DNA of 64,000 bases, from assembly GCF_002113885.1 (NCBI RefSeq), contig NW_018404492.1, positions 5,200,258 through 5,264,257 on the forward strand. Reading direction: 5' to 3'. The translations under genes and the position numbers were made by a program. Below are positions 12,401 through 26,400 of the stretch, in pieces; the stretch's first letter is position 1; each line of letters starts with the position of its first letter. Under the pieces are notes generated by a model. It had not been told where the DNA came from and did no database searches. It saw only the letters and a program-made list of their open reading frames with translations. This DNA comes from Mizuhopecten yessoensis (taxonomy: Eukaryota).

Positions 12401-14862
12401 TTGTAAACAATTTATCATCAATAAAGATTATTTTCATGAAAATAAAATCATGATAAGAAATATTCTTTGGTAAAAATAAGTAGAGAGCTTGTAATTGCAA
12501 GACAGTTCAGGTGTCACCATTTTGAATGGGTTCTTATTATTAGTCAACAACTGATGATACCTCAGCTGTATTGTGATTTGAACCCCTTTACTCACATTTA
12601 CATATTCAACCCATTCACCCTGCATATCCTTCAGTATCCATTCTCAAGAATAAAGTGTCCAGCTGATTTATCCACATTTATAACCTTGGCTCAAAATTTA
12701 TATTTTAAACATTCTTTTGGTAACGTCATGCATGGTAATTTTAAATGAACACACTTTTTTCCGATCAAAATCATCTAAACTATTTTGTTTCATTGCTGAA
12801 ATTTGAGTTTTGTTATTTGGTAGCTGCACACTTGGTGGTTAGATGATCAGACGTATGTTGATGTGACTCGTCCCTGGTATGCACATGCCAGTCCATTTCC
12901 ACTCAACTTTTACATCCCTGGCAGACTCCACAGGACTGCAGCCTCAATTGTATACATGGCAGAGAATGTGGACCCAGATAACATAACAAAAGCGGAAATA
13001 GAAGCTAAGGTTAACAGAACTTCCTGTTGATGATGGCAAAGAAAAGAAATCTGTAAAAAGCTGTATCTGTTCTAAGTCTATATGTATATGTTCAGATAGT
13101 ATCAACGTTGTACTCATATGATAAAGCAATTTCAGTCATAAAATCATGAAAACTTTTCAAATTAGTATTGTCTAAGGGCTATTCCAGCATTAACCATAGG
13201 AGAGGGTGGGAGGCACTTTTTTAGAGCCCCTACCACCCGTAAAATCTTCGGTGATTTATAGGATCATTATAGTGTTTAAATCTACTAGACAGATTATGCT
13301 ATTATTTTCAAACTTGCAGATCTACAAAGATGCAAAAGAGTGTTTGAATCATTTGTCCTATCGACTTGGTGAACAAGACTTTTTCTTTGGATCATTGTAA
13401 GTATTTGATTGCAAATTTTACAATAATTATTCTTAATAAGGGTATCATAACTATTTTATGTAGAAATGGAGGTTATTCTACAGTTGAAGGTGGACCTTCG
13501 ATACCCTGATACCTTTATACTTATTGACTCTTTCTTTTACCTTTTACTTCAGAGTTTGGTATTAAGAATTAACACTGGCATTTTGAATTTGTGAACAATA
13601 AATATAGTAGATGTTTTAGATGTCGTGCAAATTAATCAAGTACATGTTTGGAAAGAGCAGAAAATAGGATGTTGTATCAAAGTATATCAAAATATTAATA
13701 TTTTTGTACTCATGTCACTATGTTAGTATTGAAATTAATCAGTAAAGCAAATAATGTCTCACAATATACAGACATGTTAAAAATGAGTTAGCCAATTCTG
13801 TTTTTTTAGGCTAAAGTAAGGTTTGAAAGCCTTTTGGTATGGCCACTGAGAGAAGTATACATAGAAATACTGTCCACTGCTTGGCTGAAATAGGCATTAT
13901 TCACATGTATGCCCCATATATACATTGATAGTTTCAGTTTAGTGTCAAATAGTTATGAAGTGTTAAGTTTCAAATTACCCTCAAATTCCAACTCTTGTTT
14001 TGTGTGTAAGAATCAGCATAAAATTGAACCTTAAGATTTCTATCTTCCAAATATATTGTTTTGTTTAAGCTTCCTTAACTCATTACAAAGGGATATGAAG
14101 AAGACTACACACCTTAAGTTCTGTTGTAGACCCTCTGAGCTGGATGCGAAGGTGATTGGGTATCTAGCACCTCTACTGAAGGCTCCAGTACAAACCAACC
14201 GTCTGATAAACCACCTGAAAGCCTGTACAAACCTATGTACTTTGTGCAATAGAGTATTGATGAGATATTTCCCCTTGAGCCCCGAAGGTTTGTTTTCTTA
14301 ATTCATTTCATGATCAGTTTCCCTTTATTTTCAAATTTCACCTTGAATTTTGGGGTTGCTGAAAATTCAGGTCAGTGTTAGGAATGGAAATTAAAAACAT
14401 GTGCTGCACAAATAAAAATTCACTTAATGTTTTGACAAACACTTTTGGAACAAAATCTCTTATTATTTAGATCAAGGTTTAGAGCAATGCATAAATACAG
14501 AGAAAAAGAAACACTCAGACTGATGAATTTTGTAAACATTATTTAATACTGTCTTCCAAATCATTCAAATTTCAGGACAGCCAAATTTCTCACATTCATC
14601 TTTAATGGAATTTTATATTTATATTGCAGAGATGGAATTGAAAAGAAAACGTGATGAAGAGACGAGACAGAAGATGCAGATAGACTCCCTTGAGTTTCCT
14701 AATAAAAAGCGAAACATACTTTTTGCAGCACTATTTGCTGCAGTAGCTATGTTATCTTATGCACTGTCTAGTGGAATAGTTAAATTTGGGACTGAAAATG
14801 TGAACAACCCTGATTATGCAGATGACGATTACAATGATGATGATGATGATGATAATGGTTAA
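9464..14862 (+). CDS. MTX1: Metaxin-1-like mitochondrial outer-membrane import protein, 8 exons, 325 aa
   Basis: Exons 9464-9547, 11110-11179, 11818-11894, 12258-12350, 12824-13009, 13320-13396, 14130-14287 and 14630-14862, in phase (978 nt). Motifs WEGDWELPSVDSDCL, NPVWTPSGTLPVL, TRPWYA..PFPLNFYIP, LSYRLGEQDFFFG, PSELDA; C-terminal TM helix and acidic tail. Confidence 0.93.
10158..10591. mobile_element. Non-autonomous DNA transposon with subterminal GTTTCGCCCTAA-type repeats
   Basis: CGGGTTC...GAACCCG ends with repeated inverted subterminal motifs. Confidence 0.55.
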
Positions 14863-15709
14863 CAATTATAAAACTTTAGAATTTCAATAGGTTAGAAATA
14901 ATGTGGTTATTTTACAGTGTATGTGGAAAAGATTTACAAAAATTGTGATTTTAAATGTTATATCGTAGCTTCTGAAAAAGAGAAGATTCTGATAAAGACT
15001 TAATTTGCTGGATGAGAGTTTATACAGATGTATGATGTGGACGAATGAGAGCTTTACATATCTTTTATTAAACTATAAAAACCAACCATATTGGTATTAG
15101 TATTTAATTCATGAAGCATTATGATGTCTGCAGCCGCATGAATGCCAAGGTCCCAACAAGGGTGTGTAGGTCAGATATCTTAATACATTACCAGATCATT
15201 TTTGAACGGCTGTCAGGACATTATTCAGTAAAGCTTTACAAATATAAAGTAGCATATCTTTGCACCTAGGACATGGAGGTAATAAGGAAAACCCTTTTGA
15301 ATTTCAGCTAAGAGGTTAATCTTTGAGTCAATCCTTGTGTAAAAACTGATATCCAAAAACAGTATCTTAATTCATCCACCTGTGACCTTTAAACTAAACA
15401 GAATAAAAACACACAGGGTAATGAAGAATCCTTTTCAATTTTAAGCTTAAAAAGTCTTGAAAAATGTTTCCATAATCTGAGTGGGGTTCGTGTTCTTTCC
15501 ACTTAGTTCTTGGAAACGAGAAGGAATTCTTGGATAGAAGGCTACACCCACCTGCTCTTAAAGTATGACAAATTTCTAAATAGGACCTTGAAAATCTGCA
15601 TGGCTTATTGACTAACAATGTGTTGCAAAAATCCTACCTATTTTGTGGTTAAAAGGTAACAAAGTAGCCGAGTCACAGGTACTAGCCTTGTCTGTCAATA
15701 TACCTATAA

Positions 15710-16802
15710 TACAAAAGGCCCAGAGAGCCTGTATCGCTCACCTGAATATGTTTAAAGTAATTGGTATGAAGTTAAGATTAAGCACTCCATGGTAGGTGCT
15801 GTAAGTACATATGAAATTTCAGAAAGATCCATCCAGTACTTGAGATATAGCGAGAACAAACTTAAAACAGGGCCCCACCCCTATGCCCCTAGGGGGTCAT
15901 ACCCACCAATTATACAAAATTGAGACCCCTTGGCCTAAGGATGCTCCAGACTAAATAAGGATAAAATCCTGTCATTCCTACAGAAGAAGGTATTTGAAGA
16001 ATTTGCTATGTTTCGCCTATTTGGGCCCCACCCTTCCCCTTCTGCCCCCACTCACTGTTTATACAAAATTGAGTCACTTTTGCCCAAGATCCTTCAGACC
16101 AAATTGGAAGAAATACCTTCATCCCTATAGTAGAAGAAGGATTTTAAAGGTTTACCTCTATTTCCCCTATTGGGCCCACCCTTCTGCCCCCTTGGAGACC
16201 ACACCAACTGCTTATACAAAATTGAGTCCTCTTGGACTAAGGATGATCCAGACTAAATTAGGTTTTGATCCCTATGGTAGAAGAAGGATTTTACAAGTTT
16301 TACTTCTATTTCCCCTATTGGGCCCCGCCTCCAGGGGGGTTAGACACACCGTTTATACAAAATTGGTTCCCCTTCACCCAAGGATGCTTCATACCAAATT
16401 TGGACCAAATCCTTCCATTCCTACAGAATAAGAAGGATTTTAAAGATTTTGCTATGTTTCCCCTAATGTCTCTGAGAGTCCAGACCCAAGGTTTATACAA
16501 AATTGGTTCCCCTTTACCCAAGGATGCTTAAGACCAAATATGGAACAAATATTTTCATTCCTACAGAAAAAGAAGGATTTTAAAGAATTTGCTATATTTC
16601 CCCTATTGGGCCACGCCCCTCAAACCCACCATTTATACACCATTTGTTTCCCTTCCCCCAAGGATGCTTCTGACCAAATTTGGTCAAAATCTACCTGGCC
16701 GTTCAGAAGAAGTAGCGTTTTAAAGGAAAAGTTGACGGACGGACGACGGACGCTGCGGTATGGCATAAGCTCACCATGGTCCTTCGGACCAGGTGAGCCA
16801 AT
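15710..16802 (+). mobile_element. HINE/pearl-like element with about 6 internal 139-155 bp tandem repeats
   Basis: 5' AGGCCCAGAGAGCCTGTATCGCTCACCTG, repeats starting TTATACAAAATTG, (GACG)n, and a 3' hairpin ending GGTGAGC. Confidence 0.8.
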
Positions 16803-17249
16803 ACTCAAGGTTACTAAATATAACTCGTTCCAGAAAGCATGCGATTTTGTCAAAATCGTTCATAATATGACACCGGGAGCAGCCTAGATTGACAGGAAAA
16901 TATGTATTTTTTAATTTAATGTATGATTTGCCCAATATCGTGCAGTAGAATTTTTCGGTAGACTTCATGAAACATCGAAAAATGGTCGAATTCCAGTTGG
17001 TCAGACACTGTGCTGTCCTCGGGATGACATGCTAAATCCCTGGTGGGTAGCGCTTAACACATGGCATGTACATTATTCAATGTCGGTACAGTGTTTCTAC
17101 GATAGAAAACAAACTTACTTGTATCCTAGTTCATGTCGGATACACGAGTCCAGTTTTCAAGCTGGTCAGGCTGCCGATTGGAAATCTGAACAGAGCTTGC
17201 CATTTTCTCTAACTTTTTTGGCCTTGGCGCTGATTGGCTTCTAAATTTA

Positions 17250-17680
17250 ACGACCCAGGGTGATGATATTTGGCCAGTAACATGCTAGGATGATAGGCTT
17301 CCAAGTTTGTCAAATGAATGACCTCCACTCATATTCAAGGTCACAGAGGATCAATTGTCTTAAAAAACTTTAAACAACTTCTTCTGAGTAACCAAAAGGA
17401 CCAGGATGGTGATATTTGGTCAGTATCATGCTGGGATGCAGGGCAACCAACTTTGTTAAAATAAATGACCTTCACCCAAGGTCACGGGGTCAAATATGAT
17501 TAAAATCTTTAAACGACTTCTTCTGAATAACCGAAAGGCTGTGGATATATATATATATATGGCCAATAGCATGCTAGGAAGGAGGGCTACCAAGTTTGTT
17601 CAAATAAATGACCTTCACCCATATTCAAGGTCACAGGGGTCAAATATGCTCAAAATCTTTAAACAACTTCTTCTGAATAA
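17250..17680. repeat. About 3 copies of a ~150-bp HINE-type repeat (ATGACCTTCACC..AAGGTCACAGGGGTCAAAT)
   Basis: Direct repeats visible at about 17318, 17465 and 17608. Confidence 0.6.
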
Positions 17681-17779
17681 ACAATATCACTTTTTCCGTG
17701 TCGGGGGGAAAAAACTTTAAAACATTTCGAGAGATGCAAGTAGATTAAGAATTTGGACACATTTTTGTTGCCACGTACT

Positions 17780-19689
17780 TTTGTTTTTGTCACCAATTAC
17801 GGTAAAAGATGATCGATCCCATGCGGATGGTTTGAATAATGCCAATCATTTCAATGAATTTTTCACAAATATTGCATCTAAATTGGTGGAAAAGCTTCCT
17901 AGTCCCTCGGGAATTTACCATTCATCTTCTACCCTTGTACAGATTGTTTATGCTGAAAGAAATCACAATCAAAATAAGTTTTACTTGAAACATGTTTCAG
18001 AAGATTTTGTTTGTAAAGAATTATGTAATCTTAATAGTGGAAAAACTACAGGTCTAGATGGTATTCCTGCCAGATTTTTGAAAGATGCAGCACCAGTTTT
18101 AAAGGTTCCTTACATTTTTAATAAATATGTCTATATCGGAGGGAAAGGTTCCTGATGAATTAAAACTTGCCAAGGTCAAACCTCTTTTTAAAAAGAACAG
18201 TCTACTGAAAGCAGAAAACTACCGTCCAATAAGCATACTCAATATTGTTTCTAAATTGCTAGAAAAGGCTGTTTATAGACAGCTTGAACTATTTTTGTCA
18301 GATAATAATTTGCTGTACGAATTCCAATCTGGATTCAGATAATCTTATTCAACAGATTCCTGTCTTATACATATTTTTGATCACATACAATCTCAAACAT
18401 TCAATGGTTTATTTACGGGTATGGTACTACTCCATCTACAAAAAGCTTTCGACACCATCAATCATGAAATTCTCTGTGATAAATTAAAAATTATGGGTGT
18501 CGAATCAATCTCCTGGTTTAAATCCTATTTATCTGACAGAAAGAAAGTTGTTCATATAAACAATGTTACATCTAATGCAGGACATGTAACTTATGGAGTA
18601 CCACAAGGAAGTAATCTGGGTCCTCTTTTGGTGTTCAGCTAGATGAATTCCTATCTGGGGAAAGTATAGTACTCAACGCAATTCATAAAATTAACCAGAA
18701 ACTAAAATTTCTTTATAGAAATAGTGAATGTCTATCAATGAAATCCAGAAAAAACACTGTGTTCAGCACTGATACAATGCCATTTTGATTATGCCTGCTC
18801 GTCCTGGTACAGCAGCCTAGCCAAACAAATTCAACATAAACTACAAATTATGCAGAACAAAGTTGTAAGATTTATTCTCCGGTTGGATCATAGGAAACGA
18901 ATATCATTTGAGGAACTTGCCTCGTAAAATATGCTAAATGTAAATCATAGAGCTAAACAGATTCGTCTCAACCATGTTTTCAATATTATATCATCCAAAG
19001 TATATGAACAAAGGTTTAATTAGAAATAGCAATACTCGTTTTACAAGATCTTGTGATCACAATTTTTTAGTACAATCTATTAGGCCCATTATAGAAAAAA
19101 GTGGAGGACTCAGCTCCCCTTAGCGGAGCTGAGTCCTCCACTTTTTTCTATAATGGAATCAGAGACTGGAATTCTTTACCTTGGTCAATCAAATGTCTAC
19201 ACAAAAAACATCAATTTAAACTTCAGTTTAAACATCACTTGATGGAATAGATAAGAGGGAACACCAAAATGAATGTGTCTTTTTATAATATTTATTTACC
19301 CTATACCACTTTAAGTTATTAATTATAGTATTCATTATAAGAACTATCCTAACATTTTGACCGGTTGCTAATATTTTTCCAAAGGACCTCATTGGAAATA
19401 AAAAACAAACAAACAAACAAACTTTCATGGGCCATTCTAGGTAAAAGATTACCAGTTCAAGATTATTTTTCATTGTCTGTACCTCCAATATTTAATGTGA
19501 TATTCATACAAGCTGTGATAATACTACTACCTAGTGCTGAATATATGCTTTTTACTTGAAATTAATATAATTTTTAGTCATATGCATTTTGTGATATCTG
19601 AAGGTCAGTCTTTTATCGAATACCATACGTGATCTCATTGCTTGTGTAATGTAATTTAATGTTTGCCATGTATCTTTTACCCGAATAAA

Positions 19690-19727
<38 letters not shown>
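17780..19727 (+). mobile_element. 5'-truncated, decayed CR1/L2-type LINE (ORF2 RT remnant) with (ATT)n tail
   Basis: Frameshifted RT pieces GLDGIPARFLK, NYRPISIL, QSGFR, KAFDTINH, GVPQGSNLGPLL, HFDYACSSW, TFFYNGIRDWNSLP. The YADD region is deleted. Ends in AATAAAC(ATT)n at about 19685-19727. Confidence 0.88.
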
Positions 19728-19728
<1 letters not shown>

Positions 19729-19865
19729 CTTGAAAATACTTTTAACAAAGGATACTGAAACCGACATTCTTCAGGTGCAGGAGCAGTACTAGTCATGTCA
19801 TATGCGCAACAGACAGGTTTTCTTTAGGGAACGGTACAGATGTTGATAGTACGAATGAACCGCAG

Positions 19866-20046
19866 GGGTTCGTAACAAATGTCTAAAATACACATCCACT
19901 TGTACATGTACATATATGCTATACTGATATGGGTCACAGCACATATAAGCCTACATACACGTGTTACTTATGTGTGCTTTGGCCCATATCAGTACAGCAG
20001 TTGCATGTATATATGTATGTGTAGTTTAGACATTTGTAACGAACCC
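19866..20046. mobile_element. Foldback MITE-like inverted repeat
   Basis: GGGTTCGTAACAAATGTCTAAA..TACTGATATGGG / CCCATATCAGTA..TTTAGACATTTGTAACGAACCC. Confidence 0.6.
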
Positions 20047-20450
20047 ATGTGATTCCATGTGTAAAACTTTGGACTGCATACAATGTATATGAGACTGTGA
20101 CATAAATATTATACTGCTTATTTCCAACATAACAATGGTGTGTGATTCTCTGAATCAACTTATTGTAGTGGACAGATGTGGCAGATCATGAATCTTAAAT
20201 TGAATTCAAATGCCAAAAAGTATTGATTCAAGCACAGAGTGTATGCCAACTAACAAATCTTTCAAGGGGGACAACCACGTAATCATTTGGAACTCTCGTT
20301 TGATTAAAGTTACATTTAGTTGCTTTCCGAGGAATATAATATATTATTACGTTGTTGTAGAAATACTTAAAACACGATGCATAACAAGCAAATTTGCAGC
20401 AATCTTGTTCTAACATACCTATATATTCATTGCCAATAACAAAGAAAGTT

Positions 20451-23400
20451 ATGTATTTTCATCATTGTATCTATGTGTATCTCTCTTTACTTTCACTTTC
20501 GCTTTGTTCGCTGGCTAGTTGTACGATAACTGGAGCTTTTATTGTTCCGCATGGTGGCATTGTACTTGCACCTGATCAGTTCAACACTACAAATGCTACT
20601 GCCAAGGAACACGCATGGATATTACATAAAAACTACAGGCTTATTGGACAACATATTGATGATTTAAACCCTGATATAATCTTTTTGAGTACCCCACACG
20701 GGGTGGCAGATTCGGACAAGTTTATGTTGTATTTGAACTCAGCAGGACAGGGGAGTGCTGATACAGACAATATTCAGTGCCCACCAGCTTGCTTCAACAT
20801 TTCGGCAAACTTTGCCTATGGCATATCGGAAGACATTGTCAATTTGTTTAAGAATACATTTAAGTTATCAGGACTTAGTGCATTTGGACCACCAGGGGGC
20901 TCAGAGTATTTCCCACTAAGGTAAACTGGTGTTGTATTCATTACAGAACAACTTTCAAATCGTCATTTTTATTTGAACAAAAATAACTTAATTCATGTGA
21001 AAATATTTGTACACAAAATAATAAATACAAAATATAATGAGCTCACTTGAGTTTTATTTATAGATATTTGTTCTAGATTTCAAGGATAGTATATTACTTA
21101 TCAGTCCAATGACATGATCTTTTGAATCTACATAAAACTATGATCAATATACCAAATATTTATCAGTTATTTATACATATGTACATGTATCACATTTTTT
21201 AGTTGTTAATCTATCTATTTAGTATACAGTAGCAATGTTTTTTGTCATTCTTAATAGATATATACTTATGATCAGACACATTTTTGGACTTTTGTTTAAC
21301 CAACCAGTAGCCATTATCAAAGATACTTTAAAAAAAATGGATCAGATGACCCATTTAAAGATACCTGGTAATCATTTTTTTCTATTTGTTTTTCAGATGG
21401 GGTGAAGTGATTCTCCTTTACACCATACCTAATTTATCAAGGATCCAGATTATTGTTATGAGTCAACCTAGTCGCCGATACACAGAATCAGTTGCTATGA
21501 TTCCAGAACTTTTAGAACTAGGTGAGTTGTGTGAAAGTTAAGAAGGATATATGGGTTGAAAATGAGGGTTAACCACAAACCGGTCACATTTAAAAGCGTC
21601 TTCAACCGACAACAAGCGTCTTCAAGTGACAACAAGCGTCGTCAGACAAACTCTTTAAAAATGCAGAATAAAGTAAGCGACATCAGAAGATATGTATGTG
21701 TATTACTGTAATACACCTCTACACCAGATCAAAGGTATTCCGTCTTTGCGTGTTGCAGAGTTATCTTCTCTTGTGAGCAGGTATTGATTGTTACATCATT
21801 TGTTTGTGAGAGTAACGTCATCAATTTTTGAGAAAACAACGTAATTTACTCACACAAATTGTCTCCCTAAGGTAGCCTCTGTACTGCTGTATGCCAACGT
21901 TTTCATTCTCTGGTGCTGTTTTAAATCTCTTTCTTAATTCCCTCAGCTCTTTTCACAGTTGTTTGATCTTATATTCCCTCCCGTTCTCCTTTGTTGTCTT
22001 TGCTCTGGGTTGTGTTCTGGATGTTTCCACTCCAAATCGTTCTTTGCATACATTGTACACATTTGAGGTCAGTGGTTCTACTTTCCTCTCCACATTCCCC
22101 TGTAGAGTTGTCTCCAAAATAGCCTCCAGGTCCTGATCAAGATTTCGCCAAGCTGCCTCGTCATTTGTCTTGGGCCACTGCACTTTGTCTAATCTCCTGT
22201 CCCTCACTGCTTGAACACCACGGGCGCTCGCTTCATTCAAGTTACCAATGCTGCCATCTGGCGACACCGAAGCTTGTAGGCTCTCTGTACTATGGTTTGA
22301 CTCCTGACTGAGTTCCTCCTGCGTCTCACCAGATTCATTGCTGATATCTGTGCACTGCCTAAGTATCTCCCTACGGCCATATTTGGTCCTTGCCTGTTGG
22401 ATTTTCAGCCCACTGATGTTCTTGCATATCTTTCCACAATGGCATCTTGCATCAACTGGCTCTCCACTTAACGTTGTTTGAATCATCGTCATCATGTTTA
22501 ATAAATTTGTCCGTGTCCTGGTTGTTTCTATTTAATCTGTCCGAATGAGCCTCTCATCCTCCCCCCCTCTCGGGAGGCTCTGAGGGTGTTGCTCTTTTCT
22601 TTGTTCTGTAGCTTGATATAGGTGCCCCCTTGAGGGAGCTATACTCTGAGCTGCTGACACAAAGTACCCTGCCCCAGTCTGTTCCTGGATGTCATCTGTC
22701 TCTCCAGCACCACTGGTTTTCCCCAATTTCTATCCAGCCTTTTCTAGAAGTCACTGATTTCTCAAAAAATCGATGATTGCTTACAGATGATAGTAATTCT
22801 GCACCTTGTGACATCCTTGACTTGTAGTCAATCACTGTTGTCATTCTTGTCACATAGCCTCATTTGACGTCATAAGATGATGGCCAGCCCTCTTCAGATG
22901 TTTCGAACCGTAATCACTACTTCTTCCATCTGGTGGGTCAGTAGTGGTGTGGTGGCCAAGCCACTACTCGTCTATGTCGGCTTCCACATTGGCTCTTCTT
23001 GTTTGTGCCATAGCCATCATGATGCTCTCTCTGCAGCTTCTCCCAATAGTCTGATGGCTGTGGCTCTTGCCCTCCCAGTGAGTCCTATCAACTGTAGTGT
23101 CCTCCACACTGACTGTGCAGGGAAACCTCTACAGCCAACCTCCACTGGAAATTGCCATACTGTCCATCCTTTGCTCCTGCACTTTTCCATTAGCTCATCA
23201 TACCTCGCTTTCCTCCTCTTGTGGGCTTCCCCCCAGCCTTCCTCCCATGGTACGCTGAGCTCTATGGCGATGAGGCGTCTTGATTGCTCTGACCATATTA
23301 CCATGTCAGGCCTCAGCGTTGTTTCCACAATTCCTGAAAACACAAGCTTCCTGTCAAGGTCAACCTTCATCTCCCATGTTTGCGCCCGTTCCAAGATGGA

Positions 23401-26400
23401 TGAGATGCTTTGAGGCTTTACTGTGGTTTTCTCCCCTGGTTTCACAAACCTGATACCAGCCTGGTTTGTTCTTACACCAGTTCTTTTCTTCCTTCTCTCC
23501 ACTTCAATGGTATCTGCTAGGACCAGCAAGACGTTGTTGTGCCTCCATCTGTTTCTACCCTGTCTTAGTGCTTCTTTGCAACCAGACAAGATATGAGCCA
23601 TTGTTCCTCTTCCTCCGCATAGTTTGCAGCAAGGATCCTCCGTCAATCCCCACTGATGCAGGTTAACAGGAGATGGTAGCGTATCCTACACGGATCGTAG
23701 CAGGAATGATATCCGGAAGGGCTCCATCCTCCATATTTTCGCCCATGTCATCTTCCTCTCTGGGAGATTCCATCTGGTCCATGCTCCATGTTCCTCATGA
23801 ATTCCTCCTGAATCCTTCTGATTTCTTTCTGCACCATTTGCACCATCTGGCCTGTACATGTGTGGTGGTCACTAATTTAGTGATTGTTAGGTCATCCATG
23901 AAGCCTCTATTGGCTGGTTGATAGATGCCCGACTCCATTCTAGGTCCTCTGGTTTCTCTCTCTGCTGCCTTGATGATGATATTCATTCCCATGATGAAGA
24001 GTATTGATGAAATGGTACATCCTGTAACTATTCCCTTTTCCAGGTCATGCCATGCCGTAGTGCTCTCCCCAACTGTAAACCGCAACTGTATCCCTCCGAA
24101 GCAGCTCATTATCATTTTCCAGATGTGCTCCGTAATATGATAATGGTCCCAGGCTGCCTCAATCAGATTGTGTGGTACAGATCTGTAGGCGTTTGCAAGA
24201 TCTTACCATACCACTGTCAGGTTACCTTTTTCCTGCTTGGCTTCACTCATTAAAGAGGATCAACATTATTTTGGCAAAATTGCTAGTTATTCATATCTGC
24301 ATGCTGCAGGCCAAATATGAACTTTTGAAAGAATTAAGTTATTTTATTTAAAAAAAAACACAAAAAAAACATTTGACCTCTGTGAACTTGAAATGGGTCA
24401 AGGTTGATGTTATCCATTTGATCACACTTGGTAGCTCTCTATCCTGGCAAGTTACAGGTCAAGTACACTTTATCAATACTCTATGCATGATGAATTATAT
24501 ATTATTCCAAGAAAAAAATGATCCTGGAAAATCAATGACAAGACAATGTGCAGTCCTATATGTTCAAAAATGCTTCTTCAATGCCATACTCTGTATGTAC
24601 TTATCACATTGCTAATGACTGAATTATACTGCAACAAATTATTTTAGGGATTGATTTCTGCTGTGTTATTTGAAGTGAACTGCCACACACCCCATTGTCC
24701 AAATACTGTGAGTTCCATGTAACTCATAGTGATTGGCAGTTTGTTTTTCTCTATTGGCCCCTCGACTTTTAAAAAGTCATTCACCAAACCAGTGATAAAT
24801 GTTCTGTGTTCATATAGTTTTGTGAATGCTTTTTCCATATGGCCAATAGGATCTTGCAAGGAATATGCAAGATTGTAACTGTTAACATAATAGTTTCATC
24901 TAATTAAGACTTTGGACAGTGGGATAGAAAACCCCATACCACAACATTGCTGGTCAAGTTTAGGATATAAATATAATGTAATTATTTTCATGCTTATACT
25001 CTATCCATGGTTGTGTTTATCGACAGGTACCCAACTATACCATTATCTCCGTGCCTTGAACCAGACAGTGGTTGTGATAGTGAGTGCTGATCTGGCCCAT
25101 ACTCACCAGAAAAATGGACCATATGGCTACTCTGATGCTGCTGAACCGTTTGATCAGGTTTGTTTGTGATGGAAATTTTAAATCAACTGCAGGTAGTTAG
25201 CTAATACAGTTAGTTAGCTAATACAGATAGTTAGCTAATACAGGTAATTAGCTCACACAGGTAGTTAGCTCATACAGGTAGTTAGCTAATACAGGTAGTT
25301 GGCTAATTCAGATAGTTAGCTAATACAGATACATGTAGTTAGCTCACACAGATAGTTAGCTACTACAGGTAGTTTGCTCAAACAGATAGTTAGCTAACAC
25401 AGGCAGTTAGCTCACACAGATAATTAGCTCACACAGGTAGTTAGCTCACACAGGTAGTTAGCTAATACAGGTAGTTAGCTCACACAGGTAGTTAGCTAAT
25501 ACATGTAGTTAGCTAATACAGGTAGTTAGCTAATACAGGTAGTTAGCTAATACAGAGGTAGTTAGCTAATACAGGTAGTTAGCTAACACAGGTAGTGGAC
25601 TTCGGAATTACACTGTACCTACACTGTTAACATGAGAAACCATCAGATTACTTGCAAACATCATCATGAGACCCTAACAGGTTACAGTATTCTAGTAATG
25701 TACTGTTCAGTAATTATTATTTTTGAAACATTTAGTGTACCTAGGTATATACTTAACTCTAGATAACAAATACAGCCATTCTGGATTAATTGTAGCCAAA
25801 CTTCTAATGGTAATCTTTGAGGAATAAAGTAGATAGACGATGAACATTTTTAGAAAAAGTGTCAAGAAATACATTAAACGCAGTAACCCGAAACACAAAC
25901 TTGTTCCGTTCAGTAACGAAGTCGCTAGAACGATGATTAAGCTTTTTTCTAAAAATAGTAACAGTGACCTTAACCTAAAAAAAACTAGTAAATTATAATT
26001 GTCATGTTGGTTGTACATGTATACTACTTTCTGGCACCAAACAATAAATAGAACTTCATTATTTCTGAGATTGTGACAATTGTAATTACCCTGCCGGGCA
26101 GAGTGAGGTGAACTATTTTTTCTGAAGATATAAAACTTAACTTGTTGAAGCACTGCCAAGCGTAGAAAGCTAGAATTTATCGGACATTATTTCCATTGTC
26201 AAACAGATCGAATAAGGCATAAAATAGTTTTCTGAGTTTGCGGTATTATTCCAGGTTATATTTTATAACATAGAGTATTTATATTTTATGATGGCCGAGC
26301 GGAGCGAGTGTTAACAAATTCTCTGAAACAATGCTAAAAATGTAGGTTTTTGGTTAAAATGTTGATGTATGTGTCATGCCTTTCATGTGCATGTAGTTTA

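Noticed and set aside
14818-14856. Poly-Asp (GAT)n tail of metaxin as a novelty
   Set aside because: Acidic C-termini are ordinary for metaxin-1, and this is a simple triplet expansion.
25707-26159. 150-aa ORF, also 60160-60642 (160 aa)
   Set aside because: No recognisable motifs, it crosses repeat fragments, and its composition is typical of AT-rich non-coding DNA.
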